From: Naegleria gruberi | Taxonomy: Eukaryota | Assembly (NCBI GenBank): GCA_000004985.1 | Contig: GG738905.1 | Length of the DNA: 64,000 bases | Reading direction: 5' to 3' (one strand) | Part shown: positions 23,701 to 34,840 of the stretch, piece after piece | Layout: each line of letters begins with the position of its first letter | Position numbering within the stretch: the stretch's first letter is position 1 | The notes under the pieces: model-generated | Told to the model about the DNA's origin: nothing | What the model saw: only the letters and a program-made list of their open reading frames with translations | Database searches by the model: none | Made by a program: the position numbers and the translations under genes

Positions 23701-24695
23701 AAGTAACTCTAACATTGAAGCAATCTGACATTGAGTTATTGGTCAAGTGTGTTAAGAGTAAGGTGGATTTGATTAATTCTTTGAATTCTCCTCAACCTTT
23801 CATGTCTCCTTCAGATATTTCATCAAATGAAGATATTATAGGTCAAGAGTTTGCTCCCCTCATCTCAAACCTTTCACAACTTCAAGATTTGAAGCAATAT
23901 TGTTCCTTCCTCCACTATTCATTTATTCCTTTCCGTGAAAATCTCAAATGGCCAAAAGAATTTGTAAATTATGAGTTTGAAAAGAATAGAGACTCGTTTG
24001 GAAATGTAAACTCTAAAACCCTCTCAGAAAAGTACAACGATGTTAATAGTATTTTAGAGAGCATTTCAATGGCAGATGCTACCCTCTTTTCTCTTACAGA
24101 GAATGACCCATTCCTTTTAATGATTCACTTGTTGTACAGTGCCCAAGGTTTGATTTGCTTCTTTGTTCAACTTCTTTCAGGAAATGGCGATCTTTTCCAA
24201 GAATTTATCAAGATTATTGAATCTTCCAACGCTCATTCTACAGTTGGTTTTGAGACTTTGAAAATTTTGTGTATGACTGGTTCAAAACAACTCAAGGAAG
24301 GCATTGAAAGATTATTTGAAATTCTTGGACAAGTGAATGAAGACAATGAAAATTTCAAATCTAAAATGGATGTTCTCTATGGATTCATTCAGGAACACTG
24401 CAAGAATGTTGAGGAATGGAAGTGTGTTCTCCAGTTAATCTTTGAATACATTCAACAAGTCGAATCAGTCAATACCCAAGATTCCAAGCCTGCCATCTGT
24501 CCTAAATTCCTCTACAATTTACTAGATCGTGTGTTGAGAAATTTGGCACTTACCAACACTCCTGAGGAATTCCTCACTCTAATCCCAAAGAATGGCAGTA
24601 TGAAATTCTTCTTTACCTACATTCAATTGTGTTATTCACATTTCACAATGAATATTACCAACAATACCAATCTCCTTAATTTTGAAATTTTGTAA
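20706..24695 (+). CDS. large hypothetical protein (~1270 aa), 2 exons
   Basis: Exon 1 is 20706..21955 (ACAT|gtaagttatc, phase 2). Exon 2 is 22031..24695 (acceptor aattacag|tgaggc). It is in frame with the 857-aa ORF. S/N-rich linker. No confidently recognisable domain. Confidence 0.55.
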
Positions 24696-24794
24696 TGTCA
24701 CCTCCACCAAGTAAAGACAATCCATTTACATTATCCACTCTCTCTTGATTTTCACTGTTATTTAAGTACATTCATAAAACACTTTACAAAAAAA

Positions 24795-25908
24795 ATGGTA
24801 GACAACGAGATTGGTAATCAGCCTCACGAACAACACAACGTTGTTACTCCTCCGAATAATTATAATAATGCAACGAATACAACGGATGATGAGGTAGGTT
24901 TGAAAATAATCAAAATAGAAAAAAAATAGAATCAACATATTGATGATGAATTTTACATCATTAAATAATCGACGAAAATCGGAAAAGGATTTGGAATTGG
25001 GAGTGGATGATTTGGATTTTATTAATAGTTCCTTCTCGGACCGTACACCATTGAATAAGGATTTTAATGATGATGCAAGATCAGATTTTTCAAACACTGA
25101 TAATTTAATACAGACACCATCAGAAAGAGTGAACAGTGGAGGGAGATCTATTCAGACAATTGTTGGATCTTGGTTTGAGAGAGTTAAAAAATGGTTTGGC
25201 AGTAGTATTTCATGGCTGATTTTTGCATCAATAGTTACAGTTTTAATTTGGCAGCTGCCATCGGATGTTGGACGATATATTGCTTATCCATTTACGATAT
25301 TTGGAACATTTTGGCACGAGATGGGACATGCCACAAGCGCTTTACTTTGTGGAAATAGTTTGAAATACATTATTATTGAAAGCAATGGATCAGGATTGAC
25401 TGTCTATGCCGATTATGCAGATAGTAGGATATGTAATGCTATCATTAGTGTGAATGGACCTCTTGGTCCAACATTCTTTGGCTGTTTAATCATTTGCTTA
25501 TCTGTTCTCTTTGTGAAACATGAAATATTCTCGAGAATTTTACTTGGTTTAATTTCAGTCATTGTATTTGTTTGTACAGTTTTACTGGTGAGAAAATCAT
25601 TATTTGGTATCATTTTCTTACCATGTCTTGCTGTAATTCTCTTGGTAATGTCTGTCAAAGCAAATGGAAAGATACTGACATTTTCATTGCAATTCATTGG
25701 AGTTCAAATGGCTATTTCCATGTATCAGAATATTCTCTACCTCTTCTCCAAAATGGATGGTAAATCAGATACTGGCTCTGTAGAGGTTCTCTTCAATGGA
25801 TTAGTTCCCTATTGGATGGTAGCAATATTCATCATTATTGTGAATGTCATTTTAATCTTGGTGAGCTTTCTCTTTGTCTTTCGTCAATCCCTCAAACAGA
25901 GTACCTAA
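24795..25908 (+). CDS. M50B-like polytopic zinc metalloprotease (HExxH in TM helix)
   Basis: The main exon (24919..25908) contains GTFWHEMGHATSALLCGNSLKYIIIESNGSGLTVY followed by several TM helices, as in the Peptidase_M50B family. A candidate 5' exon (24795..24893, MVDNEIGNQPHEQ..TDDE) joins through a 25-nt gtaggt...aatag intron in phase 0. That intron is shorter than any other here, so the N-terminus is uncertain. Confidence 0.5.
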
Positions 25909-26323
25909 GAATCAATCAACAATTACAAACCAAACACACAATTTTCACAATATGTCTTGCATTCTTAATGAAAAGTATCAAATTACTTAATTTACAGAAA
26001 GCATTCCTGTGCGGCATTACAATCCCTCCTTTCTTTGCTCATTGGAGAGAGCAAATAAATTGGAAAGGCCTCTTTTTGACACTTCAAAAACTTCGGGTCC
26101 TTACTTGCCTCGTCATCTATACTCTCTAACAACAACAGCACCACATCAATGGAATATTCACAACAAATTTAATTGTCAATATACACAGTAGAAAAAAACA
26201 AGAAGAACCGTTCATTGTTGTGGATAAGATCATAAGAGATATTTATAATAGCGGAGTTTGTGTAGAATAGTTTGACATCATCATTGTAGAGAAATATATA
26301 TTAATTCATCATCAGTAATAGAC

Positions 26324-28483
26324 ATGTGGAAGACATTGCAAAAGAGAGGAATAATTTCCTCCATTGTTGCCAATAACAGCAGTGGCAGCACTTCTACTAC
26401 CAATATTCATTCGAAAAGTCGTTTGATGATCAATTCTTCCTCTTCTTCATTGTCCAATTCTCTCATCACCAATAATAAGAAAAGATCTTTTGTACAGCCT
26501 GTAAATAAGCTTTTTACATCTAATCAACAACAAGAATTAATAGATATTAATAATAAGAATAATAATTTATCATCATCATCTTTATCAACAATACAACAAA
26601 CACGTAAATTCAGTACCATCAATAATTCTACAAATAATTCAACAACAACAGCAAGTTCTAAACAAATCATTGAAGAAAATAGTAATATAATTATTAATTT
26701 ATTGAGAAAGCTTGGAAAGGGAATCTTTTATCTTTCCTTTGGAATATTAGGTGCTTTAATTTCAGCCTTTCTATTGATGAAGGGTTGTTTAGAACTTTTT
26801 ACTAGATTTAAACTCGATGATCCAGAAGATGCACTCTTTTATAATGAAGCACTCATCAAATTCATGTATAATTTGGAGAATTTAGATAGATTTGTTAGGG
26901 CTTTCTTTACACTCTTTGTTATTGCTGGAGATTATTTCCTTCTCTTGGATACATCATGGAAGAATCCAAAGTATTGGTTCGGAGCACCTTTTCCTGATAA
27001 GAATTCAGATGAATTCAAGCAATTAAAGAAGGCACATCACTATATGAATGCAGTAAGATTGAAGAATTTGTTCATGTCTTTCAAGGGAATATATATCAAG
27101 TATGGTCAATTCTTTGCTTCGTTGGGAGGATGGATTCCAGATGAATATTGTACTGTAATGGCTGCTATGAGAGATCAAGCACCTACTGTTGGATATGATG
27201 AAGTGAGAAAGGTCATTCATCAAGATTTTGGAAAACCACTCGAGGAATTGTTTATTGAATTTGAGAAGGAACCAATTGCTTCTGCCTCTATTGCTCAAGT
27301 ACACAGAGCAAGAACTAAGGATGGCACTCTTGTTGCTGTTAAAATTCAATATCCCTATGTAAGAAGATTCTTCTTCAATGACATGGAAACCAATGATATT
27401 GCAAACAAGTTTTCAATTAATGTATACTATTTGCAAGATGATGCAGAGAATATTGATGCATTGGTAGCTCTCAACAACAAGTTCAATGAGGAGTTGAAGG
27501 ATGGTCTCTATACGGAACTTAACTTTTTACATGAGGCCAACAATGCAACCAAGGCAGCCGCAAACATGAAAAAGAGAAAGGACATTTACATTCCTAAAGT
27601 CTACTCTGATTTGACTAGTTCAAGAGTTTTGACTATGGAATTTATTGAGAATGCAGTGAAGGCAGACAATGTTGAAGCTATTAGAAAGATGGGATTTAGT
27701 GAATCAGACATTTCCAAGAGAATTTTAAAGTCCTTCTCTGAACAAATCATGGTTCATGGCTTGTTCCATTGCGACCCTCACCCTTCCAATATTCTTGTTA
27801 GACAAAACCCAAAGAATCCATCTGAACCACAAATTGTCATTCTCGACCATGGTTTATATAAGGAAATTGATGATGACTTCCGTAGAAATTATGCTAATTT
27901 TTGGATGAGTATTATTCTTGGAGATACCAAACACATGGAAAGATATTGCAATCAATTGGGAATTTCTGATTACAAGCTCTATGCTTCCATTATCATGATG
28001 CAAGGTTTTGACTCTCTTGTTTCTACTCAAAACGAAAAACAACTTACTGAAAAGGATTGGGAAGAGTTCTTCACAGCCATGCAAGTTCAAAGAGATGATT
28101 TTGTGAATATTTACAAGAATATGCCAGACAATATGGTCTTTATTTTGAGAACTGATAATATCCTCCGTGCTCTTAACAGAGATTTAGGAGCTAAGGTCAA
28201 TAGATTTTCAATCATGGCTAGAGCTGCTGCTAAGGGATGTTCCATTAGAAGTGACGATGGTAATATGAGTCGTTTGAGGAGAATTACTCAAAGAATTTCT
28301 TCCTTGTCAAGCAGAGCTTATTTTGAAATGAGATTATTCTGGCTCACCTATGTTAAATCATCACTCCTAGCTCTCTACGTTTCATTGTTTGGTATTTATG
28401 CTGAATGGAAGAGAAATACCACAATCGAACGTAATTTGTACATACTTGAAACATCCAAGCACATTTCTGCTGGATTTGAGTAA
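26324..28483 (+). CDS. ABC1/ADCK (UbiB-family) atypical protein kinase
   Basis: Motifs QFFASLGGWIPDEY, ASASIAQVHRARTKDGTLVAVKIQYP and FHCDPHPSNILV are diagnostic of the ADCK/UbiB kinase-like fold. Real ATG, single exon. S/N-rich N-terminus and a TM segment. Confidence 0.8.
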   Translation: MWKTLQKRGIISSIVANNSSGSTSTTNIHSKSRLMINSSSSSLSNSLITNNKKRSFVQPVNKLFTSNQQQELIDINNKNNNLSSSSLSTIQQTRKFSTINNSTNNSTTTASSKQIIEENSNIIINLLRKLGKGIFYLSFGILGALISAFLLMKGCLELFTRFKLDDPEDALFYNEALIKFMYNLENLDRFVRAFFTLFVIAGDYFLLLDTSWKNPKYWFGAPFPDKNSDEFKQLKKAHHYMNAVRLKNLFMSFKGIYIKYGQFFASLGGWIPDEYCTVMAAMRDQAPTVGYDEVRKVIHQDFGKPLEELFIEFEKEPIASASIAQVHRARTKDGTLVAVKIQYPYVRRFFFNDMETNDIANKFSINVYYLQDDAENIDALVALNNKFNEELKDGLYTELNFLHEANNATKAAANMKKRKDIYIPKVYSDLTSSRVLTMEFIENAVKADNVEAIRKMGFSESDISKRILKSFSEQIMVHGLFHCDPHPSNILVRQNPKNPSEPQIVILDHGLYKEIDDDFRRNYANFWMSIILGDTKHMERYCNQLGISDYKLYASIIMMQGFDSLVSTQNEKQLTEKDWEEFFTAMQVQRDDFVNIYKNMPDNMVFILRTDNILRALNRDLGAKVNRFSIMARAAAKGCSIRSDDGNMSRLRRITQRISSLSSRAYFEMRLFWLTYVKSSLLALYVSLFGIYAEWKRNTTIERNLYILETSKHISAGFE

Positions 28484-28844
28484 ATAGTTTTGTTTTCAAT
28501 CACTACAACTTCCATCTTTCAATTCTTCCTTCTGATTATGAATTGAATTATTAAACTTGAACTATGAGGTTTAATAATGGTATCAAGATCAAGTACTTCT
28601 ATTGTCAACTTTATCTAGAGACTTATCCTTAATGGACAAAAAGGAAACTTGACTAAACCTATCCCTCACAACCTTTTATTAATTTTTATAACCTTTTATT
28701 ATACTTTAATATTATTAAGGTATATGAACTCCGCTCCAAGGAGGAATACAATATCACACCGACAATTGCTATTTTACTACACATAAGGTAGGTACCTTCA
28801 CTGTTTCACGCACTTATTAAAAACAATGTTTGATAAAAAAAATG

Positions 28845-29578
28845 TTCAGTGAGTTCTCGCTCTCAGTTACCTTGACAACTTGGCTCTTGTTACTTCTTGC
28901 GCTTACTGCTGTTTGCGTTCAAGGCTCATTGAGTATTCTTAACGAGCAGCAACACAACAACAAAACCAAGAAACGAAACGTTATTATCCAACTCCAAATC
29001 CTAATGATTTACCATATTATGGTTATCCATTCAGTTTTAATACCAGCACTGAATTGTTTAAAGTCTATACATATGAAGGCCCTACATGTAGTAAGGACTA
29101 TTTGATCAGCATGGAAACTCAACCTCTCTACCAACCATCTCAATCATGCCTTCAAGTGAGTCCAGGTGTCTATCAACAATCACATTGTACCTATGCAAAC
29201 TTTATTCTTAGGGAGGAATGTGATGAAGAATGTAAGGTGTGTGCAAAGATGACAACTCTCCCTCTTCAACAATGTACTCCAACAGGTGATGGTCATGCAG
29301 TCATTAGAATGTGTGGTGTTCTTCCAAGAGAGAGACCACCTAAAATGTTGTGGAAACTTCAACATGAAGAGAATGGTAAAACATCATCATGCATTCATAA
29401 TAAGGTCATTAAGGTCAATGGAACAGTCATAAAGAAGAAAAAACCTATTTGGATACCAAGAGGTTTGAGAGGTAAAATTGAAGATGATGTTTCGTGTGAC
29501 ATTAGAGATTACAATGATGGAAAGAATACTGGAAAGATTGGAATTTGTAAAGGAAATCTTGAATATGAATGTTCTTAA
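28845..29578 (+). CDS. candidate secreted cysteine-rich protein; gene structure unresolved
   Basis: ATG at 28845 encodes a signal peptide (MFSEFSLSVTLTTWLLLLLALTAVCVQGS). The Cys-rich ORF 29054..29578 (14 Cys) is in a different frame and is open upstream to 28943 (..YYPTPNPNDLPYYGYPFSF..). An intron or frameshift must connect them. Confidence 0.3.
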
Positions 29579-29831
29579 AGATCACTTGCTGGAACAGAAT
29601 GGCTCATCATGCACATGAATAAATCTCAGGGCATGAGAAAACAACATTGTGTGAATAACTGATTATTGAAAGAATTGATATTGACCTCATTGTAAACAAT
29701 CGGATAATCTTTTTACATACCAAGCCAGTGACATACAATGTTGTTTCTGTATTAACAGACAATGTTTTCCTTATTGAAATGTGAAAGTTAAGAAGGATTC
29801 GAGAAGTGTCAACTTTCAACAAACAAAAAAA

Positions 29832-30250
29832 ATGAAAAAATTCTTCCAAAGCAAAAGTGTACCACAGATTGACGTTATCGATGTTCCTATAAACACGTGG
29901 ACTGTCAATAACTTTGCAGAGTGGTTAACCAGAGAACGTTACAACAAAACTGTTATTCAAGGTATGTAAAATAATCCGAAACTTTCTCTAACACTTTCCA
30001 ATAACTTTTCTCAGCCATTACTAAAGCCGGATTTGATGGTGGAGCTCTCATGAATTTCCACATTGATGATTTGGTGGATAGCAAAGTTCCCGAACCAACT
30101 GCACTCACAATCTACATTAAAATTCAAGATTTAAAAAAGAGACAAAGTCAAATGGGAATTCTTCATGGATATGTTGCAAATGATGGTTCTGATATGGTTG
30201 TTGTTGTGGCAGAAACAACCACTACATCAACTTATAGTGGTGATTTGTAA
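29832..30250 (+). CDS. small SAM-domain protein (2 exons)
   Basis: Exon 1 runs to 29961 (..TVIQG|gtatgtaaa, phase 1) and exon 2 starts at 30015 (ttttctcag|CCATTACT). The joined sequence WTVNNFAEWLTRERYNKTVIQAITKAGFDGGALMNFHIDDL fits the SAM fold. T-rich tail. Confidence 0.5.
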
Positions 30251-30578
30251 ATTGATTCATTGAAATGGATGGAAAATTGACTATTTTTAAATAGTTAATA
30301 TTTTTAAATATTTAATAGTAACAATAGTATTAGATAATTATTCGATGTAAAATAATGTAGAGTGGTTGGAGATGTTGGAGATGAGGAAAATTTTGTTATA
30401 TTATTTCTTGATAATTGTAAATTTATAAAACAATTTGTAAAATTAATTTCACACAAAACACAAAATGTCAATATATGAAAAGTAGATAAATAAATGTAAT
30501 TTTATTTATGAACACATTTCGATTTCCAATAAATTTGGAGAAACTCTTTGAATGAAATGATTGAGAAATGAAAATGGA

Positions 30579-31331
30579 TCATTCACCAAAATAAATTAAA
30601 ATTGAGGGCGAATCTGTTAAAAACTTCCAAGTATTTTTCAGTGAGATTCTTCTAATGTTTGGATAATCCAATTGCAACTTGACATTTACTCTTTCTGAAT
30701 CCTTAAAAAATGATTCGTATTCAGCATTCGATTCTCGAATTCTTTCTTCCTCAACCCTCAAAACTCTTTCAATTTCAGCTTCACAAATTGAATGATTATT
30801 TACAATTTTTCTCCTCAAAAAGTAAAACAAAACTCCCACAACAATTCCAATACCCAAAACGAAAGGAATTGCAATCAGAAAATAAACTAAACTATTGTCC
30901 ATGTCCACAATGAGTGGAATCACAAGACACAATGAAATTACACACAAAATCACAACTCCAACCACCACTCCAACACTATAATATTTATCCAATTTAGAAA
31001 CATGTTTTTCCATCAATGAATTGCACGGATACACAACATTTCTGATTAAATAATTTTCCTGATCTGAACTCAGCTGATTTTCCTCTTTTTCATTAATTTT
31101 CAATGATAATAACTTGGTATGAGAATCCAACTGAATGGTGGCTACTAATTTTACATCGTGTTCCTGTTCAAATGTTGGTTTTTCATCCTGTTTTTCCATT
31201 TTTGGTTTTTCCACAATAATTGATGTGGTATGTTCATCAGAAGAAAAATTGTGGATTAAATCCAATGGATCATAGGTCGGGATGGAAGTAGTTGTTTGTG
31301 CCGTGCTAGTGGATGTATCATGTTGAGCCAT
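30579..31331 (-). CDS. hypothetical two-TM membrane protein (250 aa)
   Basis: Real ATG. Hydrophobic segments VGVVVGVVILCVISLCLVIPLIV and LVYFLIAIPFVLGIGIVVGVLFYFL. Confidence 0.4.
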   Translation of the reverse strand: MAQHDTSTSTAQTTTSIPTYDPLDLIHNFSSDEHTTSIIVEKPKMEKQDEKPTFEQEHDVKLVATIQLDSHTKLLSLKINEKEENQLSSDQENYLIRNVVYPCNSLMEKHVSKLDKYYSVGVVVGVVILCVISLCLVIPLIVDMDNSLVYFLIAIPFVLGIGIVVGVLFYFLRRKIVNNHSICEAEIERVLRVEEERIRESNAEYESFFKDSERVNVKLQLDYPNIRRISLKNTWKFLTDSPSILIYFGE

Positions 31332-31480
31332 TTTTTTTAAAGAAGATTTTAAAACTTTTCAACTCCTTTTTCATCTCCGAAAAACTCCTGAACATGTTTT
31401 GATAATTCAAAACATTGTTTCCAGTGGACAAACTTTGCAATTTATTACACTCCTTCTAAATTTCATGTTCTAATTATCAT

Positions 31481-31765
31481 CTAATAGTTGGCCACATGAA
31501 GAATAAGGCACCCAAAGTTCCTCCACTCAACAAGATTGCAGCCAAAAATCCTCCCCAACCAAACAAGAAGAGAGTCAACGAAAATGGAAATACTCAATCC
31601 CATCAAACCACCAGCCAGAGGTGTTCTAGCTCTAAAGTGAGTCGCTCCAATCGAATAGCCAACAATATTGATTGCAATTGGAGCTAGGAAATATTTACCA
31701 ACTAAAAGACCGTAATGGGATAAAAGTTGTTGGAAATCTGGTGAGTTGGAGGTGGTGGTAGACAT
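31481..31765 (-). CDS. small hydrophobic protein (94 aa), G-rich TM (GGLMGLSISIF)
   Basis: Real ATG. Possibly a small organellar membrane-complex subunit. Not identified. Confidence 0.3.
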   Translation of the reverse strand: MSTTTSNSPDFQQLLSHYGLLVGKYFLAPIAINIVGYSIGATHFRARTPLAGGLMGLSISIFVDSLLVWLGRIFGCNLVEWRNFGCLILHVANY

Positions 31766-32343
31766 GTTGTTGTGTGTTTGTTTTTTTTTAAGATCAATTG
31801 ATTGGAATGGTTAAATGTTGAATTACGGGAATAGTCCACTTGATAAGGTGATTTTAAAAGTGTGACATGACAGCTAGTTATCAGTTATGACTTGTTTTTC
31901 TCAACATGTTTTGTTTTGTATCATGCATGAAAATGAATATATAGATGCAAATCCAATTTAAAGTTGATTTTGTAAATGGTGAACTTGCAAATTGATTGCT
32001 AATGAGAGAACCAAAAAGTGGATTCTGGACAGTAGCTTCCTCATGACTTAATCTTTTCATTCTTTCCTTTCTTTATCAATCAGTTTCTAATTTCGAATAT
32101 TTGTAAAATGAAAAACGAAATAGACTTGTTTAAATTGGTTTTACAACAGAAGGAGATTGATAAGTTGCAAGTAAACAATTGAATAAATGGATGACATCTA
32201 ACTTATTGACAAAGTACGAGTACATTTCAAAAAGACCCTCGCTCGCACTTTCGTACAAATTCTCTTTCCTTTAAAAAGAAACTCGACACAATTAACAAAT
32301 CAATAAAAAAAAAACAAACAGCAACACAATTAGAAGAAACAAG

Positions 32344-33462
32344 ATGAAGTATGAAAATTTAGGTAACACTGGCTTGAAAGTCTCCAAAATCTGTCTCGGA
32401 TGCATGAGTTTCGGCTCACCAAAATGGTTTGATTGGGTTTTGGAAGAATCAGAATCAATGATCATTCTCAAGAAGGCCTGGGAGTTGGGAATTAACTTCT
32501 TCGACACTGCCAACATTTATTCGAATGGTGAAAGTGAGAGAATTTTGGGTAAATTCATTAGGGAGAATAACATTCCGAGAGAGGAAGTTGTTATTGCCAC
32601 TAAGGTTTTTGGTCCGGTTGACAAGAGTGGAGAACAAAGATTGCTATTGTTGAGTGATGATAAGAAGGTGAATACTCATGGATTGTCGAGAAAGCATATT
32701 ATGCATGCTGTTGAGGAATCATTGGAAAGATTGGGAACTGATTGTAAGTAATTTTGAAAATTGCATCTCTTGGTTGACTGAATATTGTAAACAGACATTG
32801 ATTTGTATATTATTCATCGTTGGGATCCAGACACTCCTATTGAAGAAACCATGGAAACTTTGCATGATTTGGTAAAATCTGGAAAGGTCAGATATATTGG
32901 TGCCTCTTCAATGTTTGCTTGGCAATTTGCTAAAGCTCAACATTATGCTGATAAGAAGGGATTGACCAAATTTATTTCCATGCAAAATCTCTATCATTTA
33001 CTTTATAGAGAAGAGGAAAGAGACATGATTCCAATGTGTTTGGATCAGAAAGTTTCCTTAACTCCATACAGTCCACTTGCTAAGGGAATTTTGGCAAGAG
33101 CTCACGAATTTGTCAACTCTGAGAAAACAAGCAATGATGAGGATGATGATGAGAAATCCAAGAGAGCAAATTCAGATTTCATTCAAAAACAATTCAAAGA
33201 AACCATGACTGAAGGTGATAAGGAAAATTTGAGAAGAGTTTCAGAATTGGCTAATAAGAAGAATGTCTCACCAGCTCAAATTGCTATTGCTTGGCTATTG
33301 AAGAAACCAGGAGTTACTAGTCCTATTGTTGGTGCCACAAAAGTATCGAATATAGAATCGTCAATTGCTGCTTTGGATATTGAACTCACCCCTGAAGAAG
33401 TCAAATATTTGGATGAATCTTATACAGCTAAAGCACCTCATGCAGTTGGTGTTAGAAAGTAA
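32344..33462 (+). CDS. aldo-keto reductase (AKR) family oxidoreductase, 2 exons
   Basis: Exon 1 is 32344..32743 (..LGTD T|gtaagtaat, phase 1). Exon 2 is 32795..33462 (aaacag|ACATTGATTTGTAT). The joined sequence ..YIDLYIIHRWDPDTPIEETMETL..GKVRYIGASSMFAWQ is the AKR signature. GLKVSKICLGCMSFG at the N-terminus. 51-nt intron. Confidence 0.8.
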
Positions 33463-33762
33463 CGAATGAAATCGGCAATAAATTCTCATTAAAACTTGTT
33501 TGAATTTAAAGATTGAAACAGATAATTAGAAATTCCAAACTTGGCTTCCCGACTTGGAAATTCCAAGTTATCGTCATCATTAAGAAGAAAAAAAAATTGT
33601 CTTGAAATCTTTCCCAAGATTAGATTATAATTTATTTGAATCAAATTCTCTATCTGCTTAGATAACGAATCGATAGTGCTGATCATCTCTAATTTTGCTA
33701 ATAGTATCAGAGCCTCGGATCATCAATTTTAATTACCATCATCAAGTGTAACATATAACATA

Positions 33763-34558
33763 ATGACAGCACATATTCATTCGAGTGCCACTAGTAAATC
33801 ATCACTTTTTAAACGATTGGTCATTCTCACCATTGTAGTCTCCGTACTAATTTACTTGGCTTTTACTTTTAGTTTGTTCTCCGTTCCGACAAAGTTTCAA
33901 AAACAAGCTTTATCAACAACATTAGAAGCAAACTCTGCTAAACAACAACAACAACAAGAAGCAATAGTAGTAACACCAGCACAAGCAGCAACACCTGCTA
34001 AAGTTGATGAAGAAGTGAAGAAGCCTACGGGAATTGTAGTACAAACACCTGCAGCAGCCAACAAGCAAGTTGAGGAAAAACCAACAACAACAATTCAAAA
34101 AGAAGAAGAGGAACATGAGGATTTAGGAAATAGTATTCCTCCGCAACAACCTGTGCAAGATTTGAGTGGAGAAACCTATGATGATTTTATCAAATCATCA
34201 CCAAATGCATTGGTTTATGTTTTTTCACCAAGTTGTTCTCATTGCATTCAGTTTGCTCCAACTTTTGAAAAACTAGTTGTGGAATTGGGTAAAATTTATG
34301 GAGGAATAATCAATATTGGAAAGGGTATGTGAATTTTTATAATATTGACCTATGTTAACAATGATTTAACAATTATTTAACAAATTGAACTAAGTTGTTG
34401 GACCAAATCACATCAATACACTCGTGGTTCCACTGGGAGTCAGAGGTTACCCAACCTTGATGTTCTACACAAATGGAAATTTGAAATCCAAGAAGTTCTA
34501 CGAAGGAGCAAGAAAAATCCCAGAAATTTTAACATTCATCGAGAAACAAATCAAGTAG
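33763..34558 (+). CDS. thioredoxin-fold (PDI/TMX-like) membrane protein with CSHC active-site motif, 2 exons
   Basis: Signal anchor LVILTIVVSVLIYLAFTFSLF. ALVYVFSPSCSHCIQFAPTFEKL is a thioredoxin CxxC motif. Exon 1 ends ..NIGK G|gtatgtgaa (34324). Exon 2 starts ~34395 (ctaag|TTGTTGG) and continues ..VVPLGVRGYPTLMFYTNG..EKQIK*. 70-nt intron, phase 1. Confidence 0.65.
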
Positions 34559-34840
34559 TGAAATTCTTCCAATTATTAAATTATCAATGATTAAACTATC
34601 ATGCAACAAACATGAAATTGCCATAGAGTAACACCTTGACCTATTATGTTTCTTGGATAACATAGCCGGTAAGCGGTCCATAAGAGACAACCATTTTCAA
34701 GAGCTCTTCAACGTCTTGCTGTCGAATGTCACATTAAAAAAAATAACCAAACACTTTTCTTGAACCAGCACCATTTTCAAATTAATACACAGAGAGTGTT
34801 GGTAAAAAGTTATTTCTTTCTGCATTGAAATTATCAACCT

